A DNA stretch of 64,000 bases from Chara braunii. Lineage: Eukaryota; Plantae; Charophyceae. Shown one piece after another: positions 1 to 12,084 of the stretch. The number at the start of each line of letters is the position of its first letter. Positions within the stretch are counted from its first letter, which is position 1. The translations under genes were made by a program, and so were the position numbers. The notes beneath the pieces are model-generated. The model was not told where the DNA came from, ran no database searches, and saw only the letters and a program-made list of their open reading frames with translations. The stretch lies in contig BFEA01000012.1 in NCBI GenBank assembly GCA_003427395.1, positions 4,875,676 to 4,939,675 of the forward strand, in the 5' to 3' direction.

Positions 1-639
1 GTCTCATTGGGGTCCCTCACAGCCATACGTATATATGTGATCGCAGACAACCAAATCCAGAATCTGATTCATAGCACATACCTGCAAAAATCACATCAAC
101 GAGTCAATTGACAGCCCACGCACTACACGGAGTCAACCCCAACCATCTTCAACACTCATACCCCTTGCTTTAGCCATGCAAGCCCCAACCTCATGTCCAA
201 CCAACCTTAATTAAATACTCAGTACCTTTGTCAAATGGTCATTCAATAAAAGTCTGGGTGAAACCATAACGAAACAATGAAATCACCAGGGTTAAAGTCT
301 TTTAGGTTGAGTGTGGAGGGTGAATTGGAATTGAGTCGTAAACCGACGAATCGGCAAACGACCTGTTATCAGTGATAACAGATGATGATCCTCAAGGGAT
401 CGAGCTGAGTCTAGTCCTTAACTTGAGTCGGACGATCAAGAGGACCTGTAACACATGACAGGTCAATGACCCATGCTAAACCTATAAGTTCATGAAGAAC
501 AATCTCCATATCGTGATCTTACCCAAATCATCTTAGTTAACTATGTCTAAGCCTACCTCTAAACAATATGGTGGTGTTTCCTTAGTCAGAGTGGACTATC
601 AAAATTGCCACCTCTCAAAATATAATCGATCTCCTCTAA

Positions 640-1300
640 ACTCAGAAAATTTCGGCAGCGCTTCCCGTAGGAAAAGTATCTTTCCAGAATTTATATAAGT
701 CCAGATATGAAAGACAGAAATAATTTCTAACTCCAAAGAGTCAAAATTATGTCTAACTTTTTGAAATAGCAGAAATTTGGGCAGCATTCCCTTTAGAAAA
801 TACTAAGTTAGAAAGCAGAAATAATTCCTAGTTTTGGAAAGTCAAACTTTGTCTAATTTCCTGAAAAAGCAGAAATTTAGGCAGCACTTTCTTTAGAAAT
901 GGAGGCTTTCGAGATTTATACTAAGTCCGATATGATCTCGAAAGATAGTTCGAGTTCGACTTTAGACAAAATTTAATCAATTTCTTAGTTTTGTAAAAAT
1001 TTNGGNACCACCCCTCTACAAAAGTGTTATGCCAAAATTTTCACAAGGCTACGTCCATAATTTGAAAGTAACTTTTGACTTCCCAAAGTCTAATTTTGTC
1101 TAACTCCCTGAATTAGCAAAAATTTGGGCAGCACTCCCTCTAGAAAGGGAGACTTCCCAGTTTTTAACTAAGTCAGATACGAAAAAGGACAAAGTTGATC
1201 TTTTGACAAGTCAAAATTCAACTAACTCCTTGGATCTGTAGAAATTTCGGCAACGCTTCCCGTAGGGAAAGTAGCTTGCCAAAATTTATACAAAGCCAAG
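640..1300. repeat. Six degenerate ~120-bp tandem units in the LTR (also ~20855-21520)
   Basis: Core AAATTTNGGCAGCRYTYCCYYTAGAAA at ~645, 771, 871, 996, 1118, 1240. Confidence 0.75.
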
Positions 1301-1581
1301 TATAAGAAAAGATCTCAGAAAATGCAAGAATTGACCTAAGTAAAAAAAAAAAATATAGAAAATGCAGGAATTGACACTAACTCCTATGGCTCTAACACGT
1401 GGCGAGCAACTAAAACAACTACCTATCAATCTGAAACTCATACTAAGTAGTGGCCTCACTCAGTCACATGCAAGCCAAACCACAAGGGTAAGCACTCTCA
1501 CCATCCCAAAGTCAACCTGAACAAACAATAGTTCATGATCTCTCAATGATTTAACCCTTTATATCCGACTTACATAAGACA

Positions 1582-2523
1582 TAGGTCAGGCCGCCTGAAC
1601 TTACAGAACAGCTCAACTTAGCCAGGCCTAGAGTCAGAATACCTAAGCTTATAGAGCGTTCTGACTTGACCAAATATACACAAAAAGAGGGCACAACTAC
1701 TTTTCTCTTCTTTGGGCACATGACTAGACCACTCTAGTCGCCCTAGACTGTTTGAAGTATCCAAGTTATATATACTTATCTTTACCTTTGTCTTCTAAGG
1801 TTGCATATGAATGAACTAACTTAAGTTCAGCCTGCCCCAGTTTACCATCCATTCTATTCTTAGTTGTACTTTCTTCAAGTTGTGATACGGCTATAGTCAG
1901 ACCACCTACACTTATAAAACAGTCTGATTAGCTCGTTCTTAGATAGAGTAGTAATAAAGTATAGCCAAGTTATAACCATTGGGTTCCAACATGTGCGAGG
2001 CTTTGAGCCAGATCCCATGAACTTACAGAAGGGTCTTAACTCTCAGCCAGATTTGTTTCTATCTGAGCCATTATGTGTGTGACATCGAGTCAAACCCCCT
2101 AAACTTACAGAAGGGTCTGCCTCTTTGCCAAGATTAATTCTTCATAATAAAGAGCAGGAAGAGACTGAGTCACCTGAACTTAAAGAGCAGCTCGGTCTCC
2201 TCATTCAGAAACCAAAGAAACAAGTAAAATCCCAATGAAAACAAAGCAACCCAAGGCACCAAAACTTATTGAGCGCCCTGAGTCCCTGAAGATCAAACAC
2301 AATCAAAACTCCTCACAAGTCAGAGCAGTCAGGCCACCTGAACTTACAGAACAGTCTGACCCTCCATACAAACCATAGCACTGGATCTCCCGAAACTTAT
2401 GGGGACATCCCAGCCTCCAAAGTAATCAGACCCCCTAAACTTATAGAAGGGTCCGACTTCTCCATGCACAACCAAAATAAAACAAAGCGTTGGGGCTCCC
2501 CAAACTTATGGAGACTCCCCAGC
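1582..2523. repeat. Array of 11 stem-loops with AACTTA hexaloop (3' LTR copy)
   Basis: Loops start at 1598, 1646, 1909, 2020, 2102, 2177, 2263, 2341, 2394, 2438, 2503; stems differ in sequence but keep pairing. Confidence 0.85.
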
Positions 2524-5477
2524 CTTAACGACCCAGTCAATCGTCACACAAAACAAACCCCCATCATGCCTTTCCCTAGATGCAGTTCCTTCTAACAATT
2601 TGCTTTTATGCAGTCAACAAAGCTGAAACTGAAACTTGACCAGACATTCATGTTTTTTAGTCTTGTTCAGTGTCCTAAAAGTCAAACCAAAAATAAAGTA
2701 AGGCTGCACGTCATATATTTAGTCAGCGATGCAATGGGAGATACAGATAGGGGTTATAATCAGGGTTTATAGAGGGAAACACAAAAGTTACCTGTCAATT
2801 CCCTGCCTCCAGAGCCTCGCCTAGGCTCCGGCAGAGCTCCCGCAATCGGTGGGTGGACTCCCCACAGAGTCTTGATGCGGTCCTACGGGTTGCAATTCCG
2901 CCTGCCGCCTTCCCCTCAGAACAAAGACCAGACTTAGAGTAAGAAGGATAGAAGAAGGAAGTTTAAGACTCTCAGATACCAGAGGGGTGCTCTCAAGCTC
3001 ACTGGAGAGGGCCTTGATATCTTGATTCACCTTAGGGCCCCGCAATGGCAGCCAATGTGACAGCTTGGTCAACTCTCTCGGTCAACCTACTGACGTGAAA
3101 CTTCTGGTGACTCCTCAGACTTCTGCTCTACCCTTCTACTTTGCCCAATCTGATCACCTTTCTGGATTTCAACAATCCTCCTCAGTCTACCCGTGGCCAC
3201 ACAACTCCTTTCAACAGTCCTTTAGACGCAGCAGCGGTAGGCGGCGGGGGTCAACAGCAATAACAAGCAGTAGTGGCCAGCGCAACGGCAACTGTACACA
3301 GTCGGCCGTACAGCGCTGCAGCCAGCCTTAGTCCATGAGCAATAGTGGCGGCAAGCAGCGGTAGTCCGTGCGGATACACAGTTCCCGTAGTGAGATGGCC
3401 TAGCAAGGCAATGTACACCGCAACAGCTCCAGTAGCAAGGCGCAGTACATTCAACAGGACAGCGTTGTACAGCAGACACAGTGCTTTACCAAACGACACC
3501 CGAACTCAGCAATACTGCACATCGCGGTAGAACAAGGCACATCGGCGACAGAGTACTATTCCAATAACAAAATTAGCCTCCATAACGGAGCCAGCAACAA
3601 TGCATCTAACCAACTGATGGGTGATAAGGCAACAAAGCAACTAGACGGAGGGCAACACTTGCAGTGTGACCACAGCGTATGTCGAACAGAACAACTTGCA
3701 GGGAACCACATGCGCACCAAGCAGGCCAGGCAGTGGCAGGGTGCAGACGAGGCAACCCGCACATCAACACAGCGCAAGGCAGCACAGTCAACTCACGTCG
3801 CAGTTGAACCCGCAGACTTCCCTTCACTACCCAGTTTAAACAGGGCGGGCAGCACATCATCCCCATAGCTTGCATCAGCGGGGTGTAGTGAGACACAGCA
3901 ACACTTAACAATGCACAACGCAAAAACTCAACTGCACACGTAGCAAAGACCTCAGGCTCAAAGCACGGCGCGTATAGCCACCGCAACAGCGCCCCGTTCT
4001 CAGCAAGGTATACCGGAAGCCCAACAAGACCAGCACCTTGACTCAGCAAAAAGCACGGCAGATGCCACCCACGGCTTCCCTGCAGCTCTCCCGTTCTACG
4101 ACTAGGCAACAGTCAGACGAACTTGCCGTTAAAACCGAGCCAATTCCATCCTCCGTATAACGGCCCGTTGGAAGCTGCTTCCTCCCCACTTGGGGATGGA
4201 TCTCTCGCTGAGATCGGGCCAGAGGCACGCTGTAGAAGTCGCCCTGTTCTTTCTGCTTGTCAGGTACGTACCTCCCACCTCGTCTTTGTTTTTTCTTCTA
4301 CGTATCCGACGTAGAGACCCCGCCAGATTCACTCCTCTCTCAGAGGGGTGTGCGGCACAACTTCAGAGAGGTAAGACCTCGATCTCCCTCTTTCTCCTCC
4401 CTCCCCGTCTTCTGCTCGTCAAAGCTCAACCAACGCTCAACGGTACCCTGGCCAAGAGGTAAATCTCCAACCCGCGGTGCACTACACTACTCCCGTCAAT
4501 AGGATAAGCAAAATCGAATGAATCTACCACTGGATTACGGATAGGTTCATTATCTCAAATTAGCATTCCCTCCCTCTGCGCACTTTCTTTCTCATCTAAA
4601 CTCTGAGTCTACTAACCCAATAACAGAACTGCCCTCACCATACTATTCGCCCTAGACTAAGACCTTAACGTAGAGTTCCCCTTGTCGAAATCGGTCAAGG
4701 AATCGGTCGTTTCGACAATTTTCCTCCTTCTCCCGCCATAGTCACTACGCAATGCTTTTCTCGGCCAGCTCATAATCTACTAACTCTTCGCTGATTCTGA
4801 CTTCGGAATTGGGGTCGCCACGTCTGAAAACCCCCGATCCACGCCGTTATTCGCCCAAATCCGCCCTCCAACTAGTGAGTTATACGATTTCCTTCCTCCT
4901 CTCTCCTCACTCCGCCATATCCCGGTGCAGCCGGTTTCTCACTAACTCCCTACTCTGTTGTTCTAACACTAAAACTGACTCTACCCGTGGGTTCGCCCGG
5001 GGTGGAAGCCTCAAGATTGCCCCTTCCCCCGTCCGATTCCGTGAAGAATCACGCGGGTTACCCTCTTTCTGCTGCGCCCCGTACCATCTCCCCGCCATAC
5101 CACCTTCTGCATGCACCCGGCGCCCGCCGTCGTCCGGGTTCATCTGTTCGTTTCATCCTTCTCGTTGTCCGCTGTTCGTCGCCCCTTCACCCAGCACCTG
5201 CCCTGTGGCGCACCGCTCCCCTCCTACCTGCTGTACCACCCAGCTCAAACGCTCGCCACCGCCCTGTCGCCTTGGCCCACCACCCACTATTCATCACTGC
5301 CTAACGCATCGGGCACGATATACCGTCCCGGTTCGTTCACTCTCCCCACCTACTGCGCCCGTCGGCTTGCCTCTCTGCCCTCCCTTCCCGTACCTGGCGC
5401 TCGTCGCCCCACTGTGCCAACACTTCACGGCTCGACGACGTTCGACTGTAAAAAAAAAGAGAACAATGCCCAACCAT

Positions 5478-5572
5478 CGGGCTTTCCTCGTATTATATGT
5501 GTGTCGTCCTAGCGCCCGGGCCATGCTAATCTACTCTGTATCGATCAGCCTACTACGAACGCCCCGAAGGGC
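5478..5572 (-). pseudogene. U6: Diverged near-full-length U6 snRNA copy A in LTR (paralog 25720-25814)
   Basis: Minus strand GCCCTTCGGGGC...CGATACAGAGTAGATTAGCATGGCCC...GACAC. Confidence 0.75.
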
Positions 5573-5900
5573 TTACCTCCGGCAGTGCCCCATGGAGCCA
5601 AAGGCGGTGCGCAACTCGTTTTTCCAAATGCACCGGGCCCTACTTCTCGCCCGGGTTCGGTCCTCCTCCCCCAATTCTATTGCCCTGGCTCTCCGACCAG
5701 CGCCGCTTCCCCGCTTACCTCGTCCGGTTCATGCCCGGACTCACAAAAACTCTGCAGTGGCCAAAAGCTGGCCCTTCCAACCTTCTACGTCCGGCCACAC
5801 AGCAGTGCGGCATATTGTCGCGGCGGTACTACCGCAAGACCCCTCCCCCGCTTTTTACCTTCACGTACCTGGCGCCAACTATGTCCGGGTTCCTTTCCAA

Positions 5901-5966
5901 CCCTTACGCAGGCGTCATACTAATCTTCTCTTTATCGTTCCAATTCTAACGGATGTCCAGAAGGAC
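5901..5966 (-). pseudogene. U6: U6 snRNA copy B in LTR, 5' two-thirds (paralog 26143-26182 has a 26-bp deletion)
   Basis: Minus strand GTCCTTCTGGACATCCGTTAGAATTGGAACGATAAAGAGAAGATTAGTATGACGCCTGCGTAAGG. Confidence 0.85.
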
Positions 5967-6104
5967 CGGGCCGGGGTAGCGCCTCGTGGCGGCACCAAAG
6001 GCCGCGCCGCCTGTCTAACCCCCACAGTGCTATTGCTCCACTTTCTTTTCTTAGCCCCTTTTGCATGCGCTTGCTCCCCTTTCCGTCCGGGTTCATCCCC
6101 AGAC

Positions 6105-6183
6105 CTACGGGTATCAGTCGGCATGCAGCGGCCAGGCTAATCCTCTCTATATCCTTCCAATTTTAACGGATGTCCCGAAGGAC
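6105..6183 (-). pseudogene. U6: U6 snRNA copy C in LTR (paralog ~26322-26399)
   Basis: Minus strand GTCCTTCGGGACATCCGTTAAAATTGGAAGGATATAGAGAGGATTAGCCTGGCCGCTGC. Confidence 0.85.
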
Positions 6184-9100
6184 ACAGCCTGAGCCGCAGG
6201 GATAATCTGGCCCTAGGCAGTTCGGGACCTTTGGCTTGGCTTCCCGCGGCCCTACCATCCGGGTCCGGCCTTCAGTTCAACAGTTCGGTGATGTACCCAC
6301 TGAACTAGGCTCTTGGGTGTCAGCCACACCCATGGCACCGTGTCCCAGACAAAACGGAGTTGGGCGCAACTCTGGCGCAACCACGAAAACAGTTTGCAAG
6401 TGCACTTCGGGCAAACCCTGCGGATACAACATACTCCACGTGCGATTTCACGCCCACCTACGGTCGTGAGATAAAATTTAATAGTATTAAAACTTCAAAA
6501 TAAATCATATACATATAAGAACTGCAATGCACGCAGTAACTAGGCGAAAGTTGCGGCCCCCGGGGTAACAAAAGGCGAGGGGGATAGTCCTACCTACCCA
6601 TCAACCCCTCGAGCCTTTTCGCCGCGCTCCTCCACTCCTTTGTCGCATGCCGTTGGCTTCGATCCATGCATCTGCTGCGTATCAGTCTGGTGCTGTAACC
6701 TATAGGGCTAAGCCCAAGCCTGGTACCAGCAGGCCTGAGTCACCTAATAAAGAGGTAGCCCCCGACCTTTTGTGGCCAAAGGAGCCGCCCCACGCCATTC
6801 CCTGACCCGCACTCACACATATGACCATAAAAAAGCCGCGCCAACCTCCCGGCTGTGCCGCGGCTACCCTTACCCGACCGAATCCATCAGGTCCCATCAT
6901 TTGGATGCCGCGTAAGTCCGCACCGGCTCACTAGACCGTCCATCGTACCACGTGGAACCAATGAACACTCATAGGCTAATCAAATCAAGACAAAAATGAC
7001 ATATGCTGACCAAAATCCACGCCACGTCTACCAGTGTAACCAAAATAAGGAAAAAATCACGCGCGCCTCAAACTTGAGTGCCCACGCACTTTTTACTCTA
7101 GTCACCATAAATTACAGACGCGGCCGCGCCTAGTGTGACATACTTAAACTTTAAACCAAACTGTTTTCTGTCATTTGCAAAGACCAGGGCGGATACCCTT
7201 GTAAGGGTATTCGCGCCGACAGCTTACCGGACCACATTAAGCGATGTCCCCGTCGCTTCGCAGGATCAAAAGCTATCAATTCAACCACAATCCCAAAATG
7301 CTGACGAGCAGGGTACCAATCCGATTAGCCGACAGACCCAGGGTTGAGGCCTCCAATAATCCATGCCAAACACAACTTTATGCTGCCAGGATTCTAACCT
7401 GGGTCTCCGTCGCCCTGACACTCGGACGTCGGAATACTCCTCACTGTACTACAGCATAAGCTCCATTGGATCTCTCACCGTCCTCTTCCCTGTGCCCTAG
7501 ACAACCGTCGGCTTCTCGTTGTGTGCCCCTAGCCCTTTCCCTGGAAACCAAGTCGTGACTAGGGGCGCGGGCCCTAACTGAGACCTTCGAAGGCATTCTC
7601 TCGCCTTCATCTCAAAAATCTTCACATTAACACACGTAGCCATACCACATAGACTCTCACATAAGCTTTCCTGCAGTCTAGTACAGGAAGACCAGGTCTT
7701 CATCTTGGCCCACCATAGTCTGGGTGATCATTCTAGATCTACGGCCCACCGCATTGTTATTTCAGCGGTAGTGTCTTCCAAGGTTGCGCCACGATAGGCT
7801 GTTCCCGATAAGCATTCAATCAGGACTTCCTCAAAAGACTCATATGACTCGACTCTTATCCCAAGCCTCTCCGCAGGAGTAAAACCCTCCTAGGCGTTCA
7901 CGCCCCTTTAAGTTTTTACCCCCTTGGCCAGACGCAGGCCCTCTGCTCAGGTTGTGCCAAACAGCGGCCAACACTAAGGGTTGCGCCTTAGTGATACTAG
8001 TTATACCCCTGGCTGGGTCTTTTATAAATGTCCAAGATTGGCACAAGCGGCCGGGCGGTGTGTCGCAACAATACAAGCCTATTGCGGGACTACGCATAGG
8101 CCTGTCGTACATAAAGGTATTTACCAGTCTCTCTGTGGGACCACACAGAGGAAACACGACAACCTCTCCATGATCACAAAACAAAATCACCACCTGGTTC
8201 ACAAAGTCGTGGTCTCCCAGCTTGATCAGAGCAAGAAAGTCACACATCTTGATGACATCTCTTAAAACACACCATTTGCGACATCCAAGAATTTCACCAA
8301 TAGTCAAACAAAATTTGGTCTCTCTCGTCAGTCTTTTACTACTCAAAGTCAACCTTCCATTTACCAATCTTATTAACCACCTTATTTATAGAGGTTATAG
8401 AGGAGGTCTTACTTCAATAGGTCTCTCTGTCATCCCTCTCTCTCTAGGATGAATTCTCTCGCGACCTTTTCTTTAACACATCTTCCCTCTCTGAAGATGC
8501 GTCTTCCAAATGGACAACCTTTCCATTCACAGGTGTCACACTCATCATCTGATCCATATAAAAAGACCAACTTATGGGTCTTCTGCACAACTCAACAATA
8601 GAACACTCACCATACAAATGTTCCGGATCCTCACATCCTCTCACAAAACAGACTGCGCTTCCTTGCCTTATACTCAGCCCTCTCATCTGCCCATGGGCAG
8701 ATCGCACGAGTATACCGGCGAGTAGACAGTTCACATTCATCCAGATTCACAAAGCACAAGATACATCAAGCATTTTCTTGCGCATATTTCACACCAAACC
8801 ATCATCCATCAAGCCAGGACCACACAAGTGAGTGTGAGAGTGATCGTCATATATAACAAGTAGTCCCCAAAAAAGGTCTCAATATAATGTACACTCAGGG
8901 ATAAAATATCCGACATCAAATACCTCCAACATACACTCAAGGGCAGAACGCCCCATACACAAATGTCCCCAAATCGTAACCCACTCAACTCACTCAAAGC
9001 CACACTCACAATGATGTCGTCCTCAAAGTACAAGTTGGGTTTGTCTCTCGAAGATCAGGGTGTAGGCCACCTCAGTATGTACAGGCCTCATCTACCATGT

Positions 9101-9235
9101 CCCGGTCCTCAAGATGGCAGACTCAACAAAAACCCGACCCATACTGCCTGACAACAGCAACAACACCTAGGCCTACAGAATGTCATCCAATCCTAACTCT
9201 AGTCCTACATGCACCATATCAACCATATAGGTAAC

Positions 9236-11920
9236 TCAATCCTGATCGCTCATCTCCTCCTGGTTTTACCTATATAGTTGAGCCCTACCCCCATCTGCAG
9301 ATCTCTCTACTCTCCTGCCATGTCTATCATCCATCCTGCCTCCTTCCTCTGTAACCTTCCCTTTAGCCTTGTCCTTAAGGAACTCAGAACACTGCAAGGC
9401 TCGATGCCCCTCCTTTGTACAGAAGAAACAGGACGTATCGAACCACTTTCTGGACCTCTTCTTTCCTCTCTGAGACCCTGACGACGATGGTGCTTCGCTA
9501 GCCTGCCTGCTCAGCTCATGGCTCTGAGGCATATCCAAAGGCTCCTCTCGTATCTCCACCTCCTCGGTACTCAGTCCAGGTTGGTCCTCAATCCCCTCTG
9601 GCCCGTACTCAGGTGTGCCCAACTGCTGGAGCCCGCCCTCGATGACACCCTCCGCCTCAATTCCCATCTCTCTCTCGAGAGGCTCCTCTATCCTCTGCTC
9701 AGGCGAAACTCGCCTCCTCCTGCATCGAGTGCACTGCCTCAATGAGCTCGTCCATAGATCCCTCTGTTGAGCCCTGAGCTGGCTCACTACTAGATGGTGG
9801 TAGCCCCTCCTCAACTGCCGGCCCACCGCTGCTATAGGTAGTGTCGCGAGCTCAGTAGGGGCTCTGAACTCGAAGGCCTCTCTCTCTGCCTCCCTCTGGG
9901 CTCTCGCCTCCTCTGGCTCCAGGATAACTCTCCCCATAGGTGGCTCCTAGCAAGTCTCTGCTGCAGATGGTTGTCCTGGCAAACCATGTCCTGGCTGCTT
10001 CTGCTCTCCCTGCCGGCTGCTCTCCGGCTTGTCCGCCCTTCCCTGAGATCGTTGCCTCATGCTCTCGATGATAGCTGCCTGGCTGGCCACCAATGCCCTG
10101 AGTTCCTGAATTTCCATCTCCATAGCCTCCAGGCGTACTCCATGGCTTGCTTCCTTCATCTTCTTCCCTGCCAGATCGCTCTCCAACAACAAGTGTCGGT
10201 CAAAAGTTGTCTTGGCCAGGAACTTGATCTTGCGATCCAACCTTTCTTCTGCCTTCCTTGCCATCCCAAACCTCACTCTGATTGGCGAAGGAAGCTCCTC
10301 TCCTCTACGCTCCCAGAAGTCCCTCCACATCTCTGGGATCTCTGGGGCCTTTGCTGGCTCGTTGGGTAGCTGACCCGAGAGAGCCCCTGCTGCCTCCAAT
10401 CTCTGCCTCTCCTGCTGCTGCTCCGGAAGTTCCCCCGCCGCCTCCAACCTCTGCCTCTCCTGCCATATCTCTTCTATCCTCCTGGTTCTTATTGCCCTCT
10501 TTTCTTCGCGCGTCTCTCCAGCTGACGCTCTTTCCCTCGTGCGGAGGTTGACCCTCTTTGGAATCTCTGTCTCTACCTCCTGCTCCGGTTGGCACGGCTC
10601 CTGGCGCGGCTCTGCAGGTGCTAGCTCCTCCAGGTCTGGGTGCTCCAGGGCATGAGCTGCTAGGTGCCTGTCAATCAAGGTCAAGGCTTCTCTCCTTACA
10701 GATGCCCTCTCTCTCCTTCTTTTTGCCCTCCTCTCTAGCGAAGGAGCCTTTTCTAATGAGGGCAATGGGGCCTCCTCTCTCTGCACCCTCTCCCCTGCCT
10801 GGCGAGTGCTCCCTGGTGCATCCCCAAGTCTCAAACCCACTGCTGGCGTCTGAGGGGGCGTATCCTCTCCAACCTCTATCACTTCCTTCCCTGCACGTCT
10901 CCTATCATCGCCTAGTCCTCTCTCTCGCTGAGTATCCCGGACCTCCTCTCGTGGCATCCCCTCTCGTGGCACCTCCTCTGCCGGTGCCTCCTCTCGTGGC
11001 ACCTCCTTACGTGGCACCTCCTTACGTGGCACCTCCTCACGCGGCGCCTCCTCTGCCGGCTCTCCATGCTCCTCACCCCGAGGCGACGCTCTCCACTGAG
11101 AGATATCCAAATGCGCCTCCAACTCCCTCAAAGGCTCCTCGGACGCTGGCGACTCCCCCTGTGTGTGTGTTGGTGACCTCCTCAATCCACCTTCGGCAAA
11201 CCGATGGAACTCCACTGGTCCCAACCCACACTCAGGGTATGCCCCTCGCTCCTCAGCCTCTGGCTCCGGCTCCGGTTCCTCTTCTCTCCTGGCTAGGGCC
11301 TTCTGTCATCCTCGAGATGGTCTCACCTCCCTGGGCTCAGGGTCCCTCTGCCTCTGACTCCTCTGACGCCTCTCAATTCTGGGCTGAAGGGGCTCTGGCC
11401 GTCGAAAGGCCTCTCTCAGATGTGCCCTGCAGCTCTCCCAGTCCCGGGCCATGTCTCTGACCTGCTTAGCCAGTGCCCTCTCCGCCTTTCTGGTCCAGAG
11501 GGGTAACGTCCTCGCCCACTCATCTCTCAGCGTACCCTGCCCCTGCATGAACCACTCGAAGGCAGGGATAAAATCTGCCACATTTCCAATCTCTAGACGG
11601 ATAGGCCTGCCATCTGGTCCCACAGGCGAGGGTCGCAACTCCTCCATCCTCGTCTTCACCTTCTGCCTCGTCGTCGCCTCCCTACGAATCCTGGCAATGG
11701 GCTCCTCGAACCTGCCTGCTCCCCTCAGTCTCTCGATTGTCTGGGCCACTGTCCAGCCCATACGCCTCGCATGCTCCCAGAAACTGTCCAGGAATAGCTC
11801 GATGTCCCCATCATCGTACACCAGAGTACTCTCTCGATGACGAGGCCCATGCTGCTCATATCCTCCTGATGCCCCCAACGGCCTCCGAGGCGGCCGTGTC
11901 CCCCTCCCTCCTCTTGGCAT
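9236..11920 (-). pseudogene. Extra ORF downstream of integrase, Gag-like with CCHC zinc knuckle
   Basis: ORFs 11306-12004, 9947-11224 and 9266-9937 separated by single stops/frameshifts; ATG at 11920 after an acceptor at 11943-11944; CFFCTKEGHRALQC; EVPRE pentapeptide repeats. Confidence 0.75.
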
Positions 11921-12084
11921 GGCTGTCTTCGTAAAGTCAGACCTGCACAACAGGCGAAGGAGACAACAGACACATATTGGGGTAAGCAAACAGGTGACAA
12001 TCAAGCAAGCTCAAACCTGACCATACTCATGCAGCATACAACCTATCCGACCTACATAACCTATCGCTTCTAGTCTAGAGGTAG

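Larger units (their letters stand above)
1..7221 (-). repeat. 3' LTR, truncated by the window edge (about 1.1 kb missing)
   Basis: Position 1 aligns with ~20215; roughly 4-5% divergence by eye; ends ...gcgccgaca at 7221. Confidence 0.95.

Noticed and set aside
1582-2523. CRISPR-like repeat-spacer appearance
   Set aside because: Irregular spacing, only a short core conserved, eukaryotic LTR context, no cas genes
4809-6140. 443-aa plus-strand ORF in the LTR (438 aa in the other LTR)
   Set aside because: GC-rich, runs antisense through U6 remnants, no domain motifs, and a 26-bp deletion changes its frame between the LTRs
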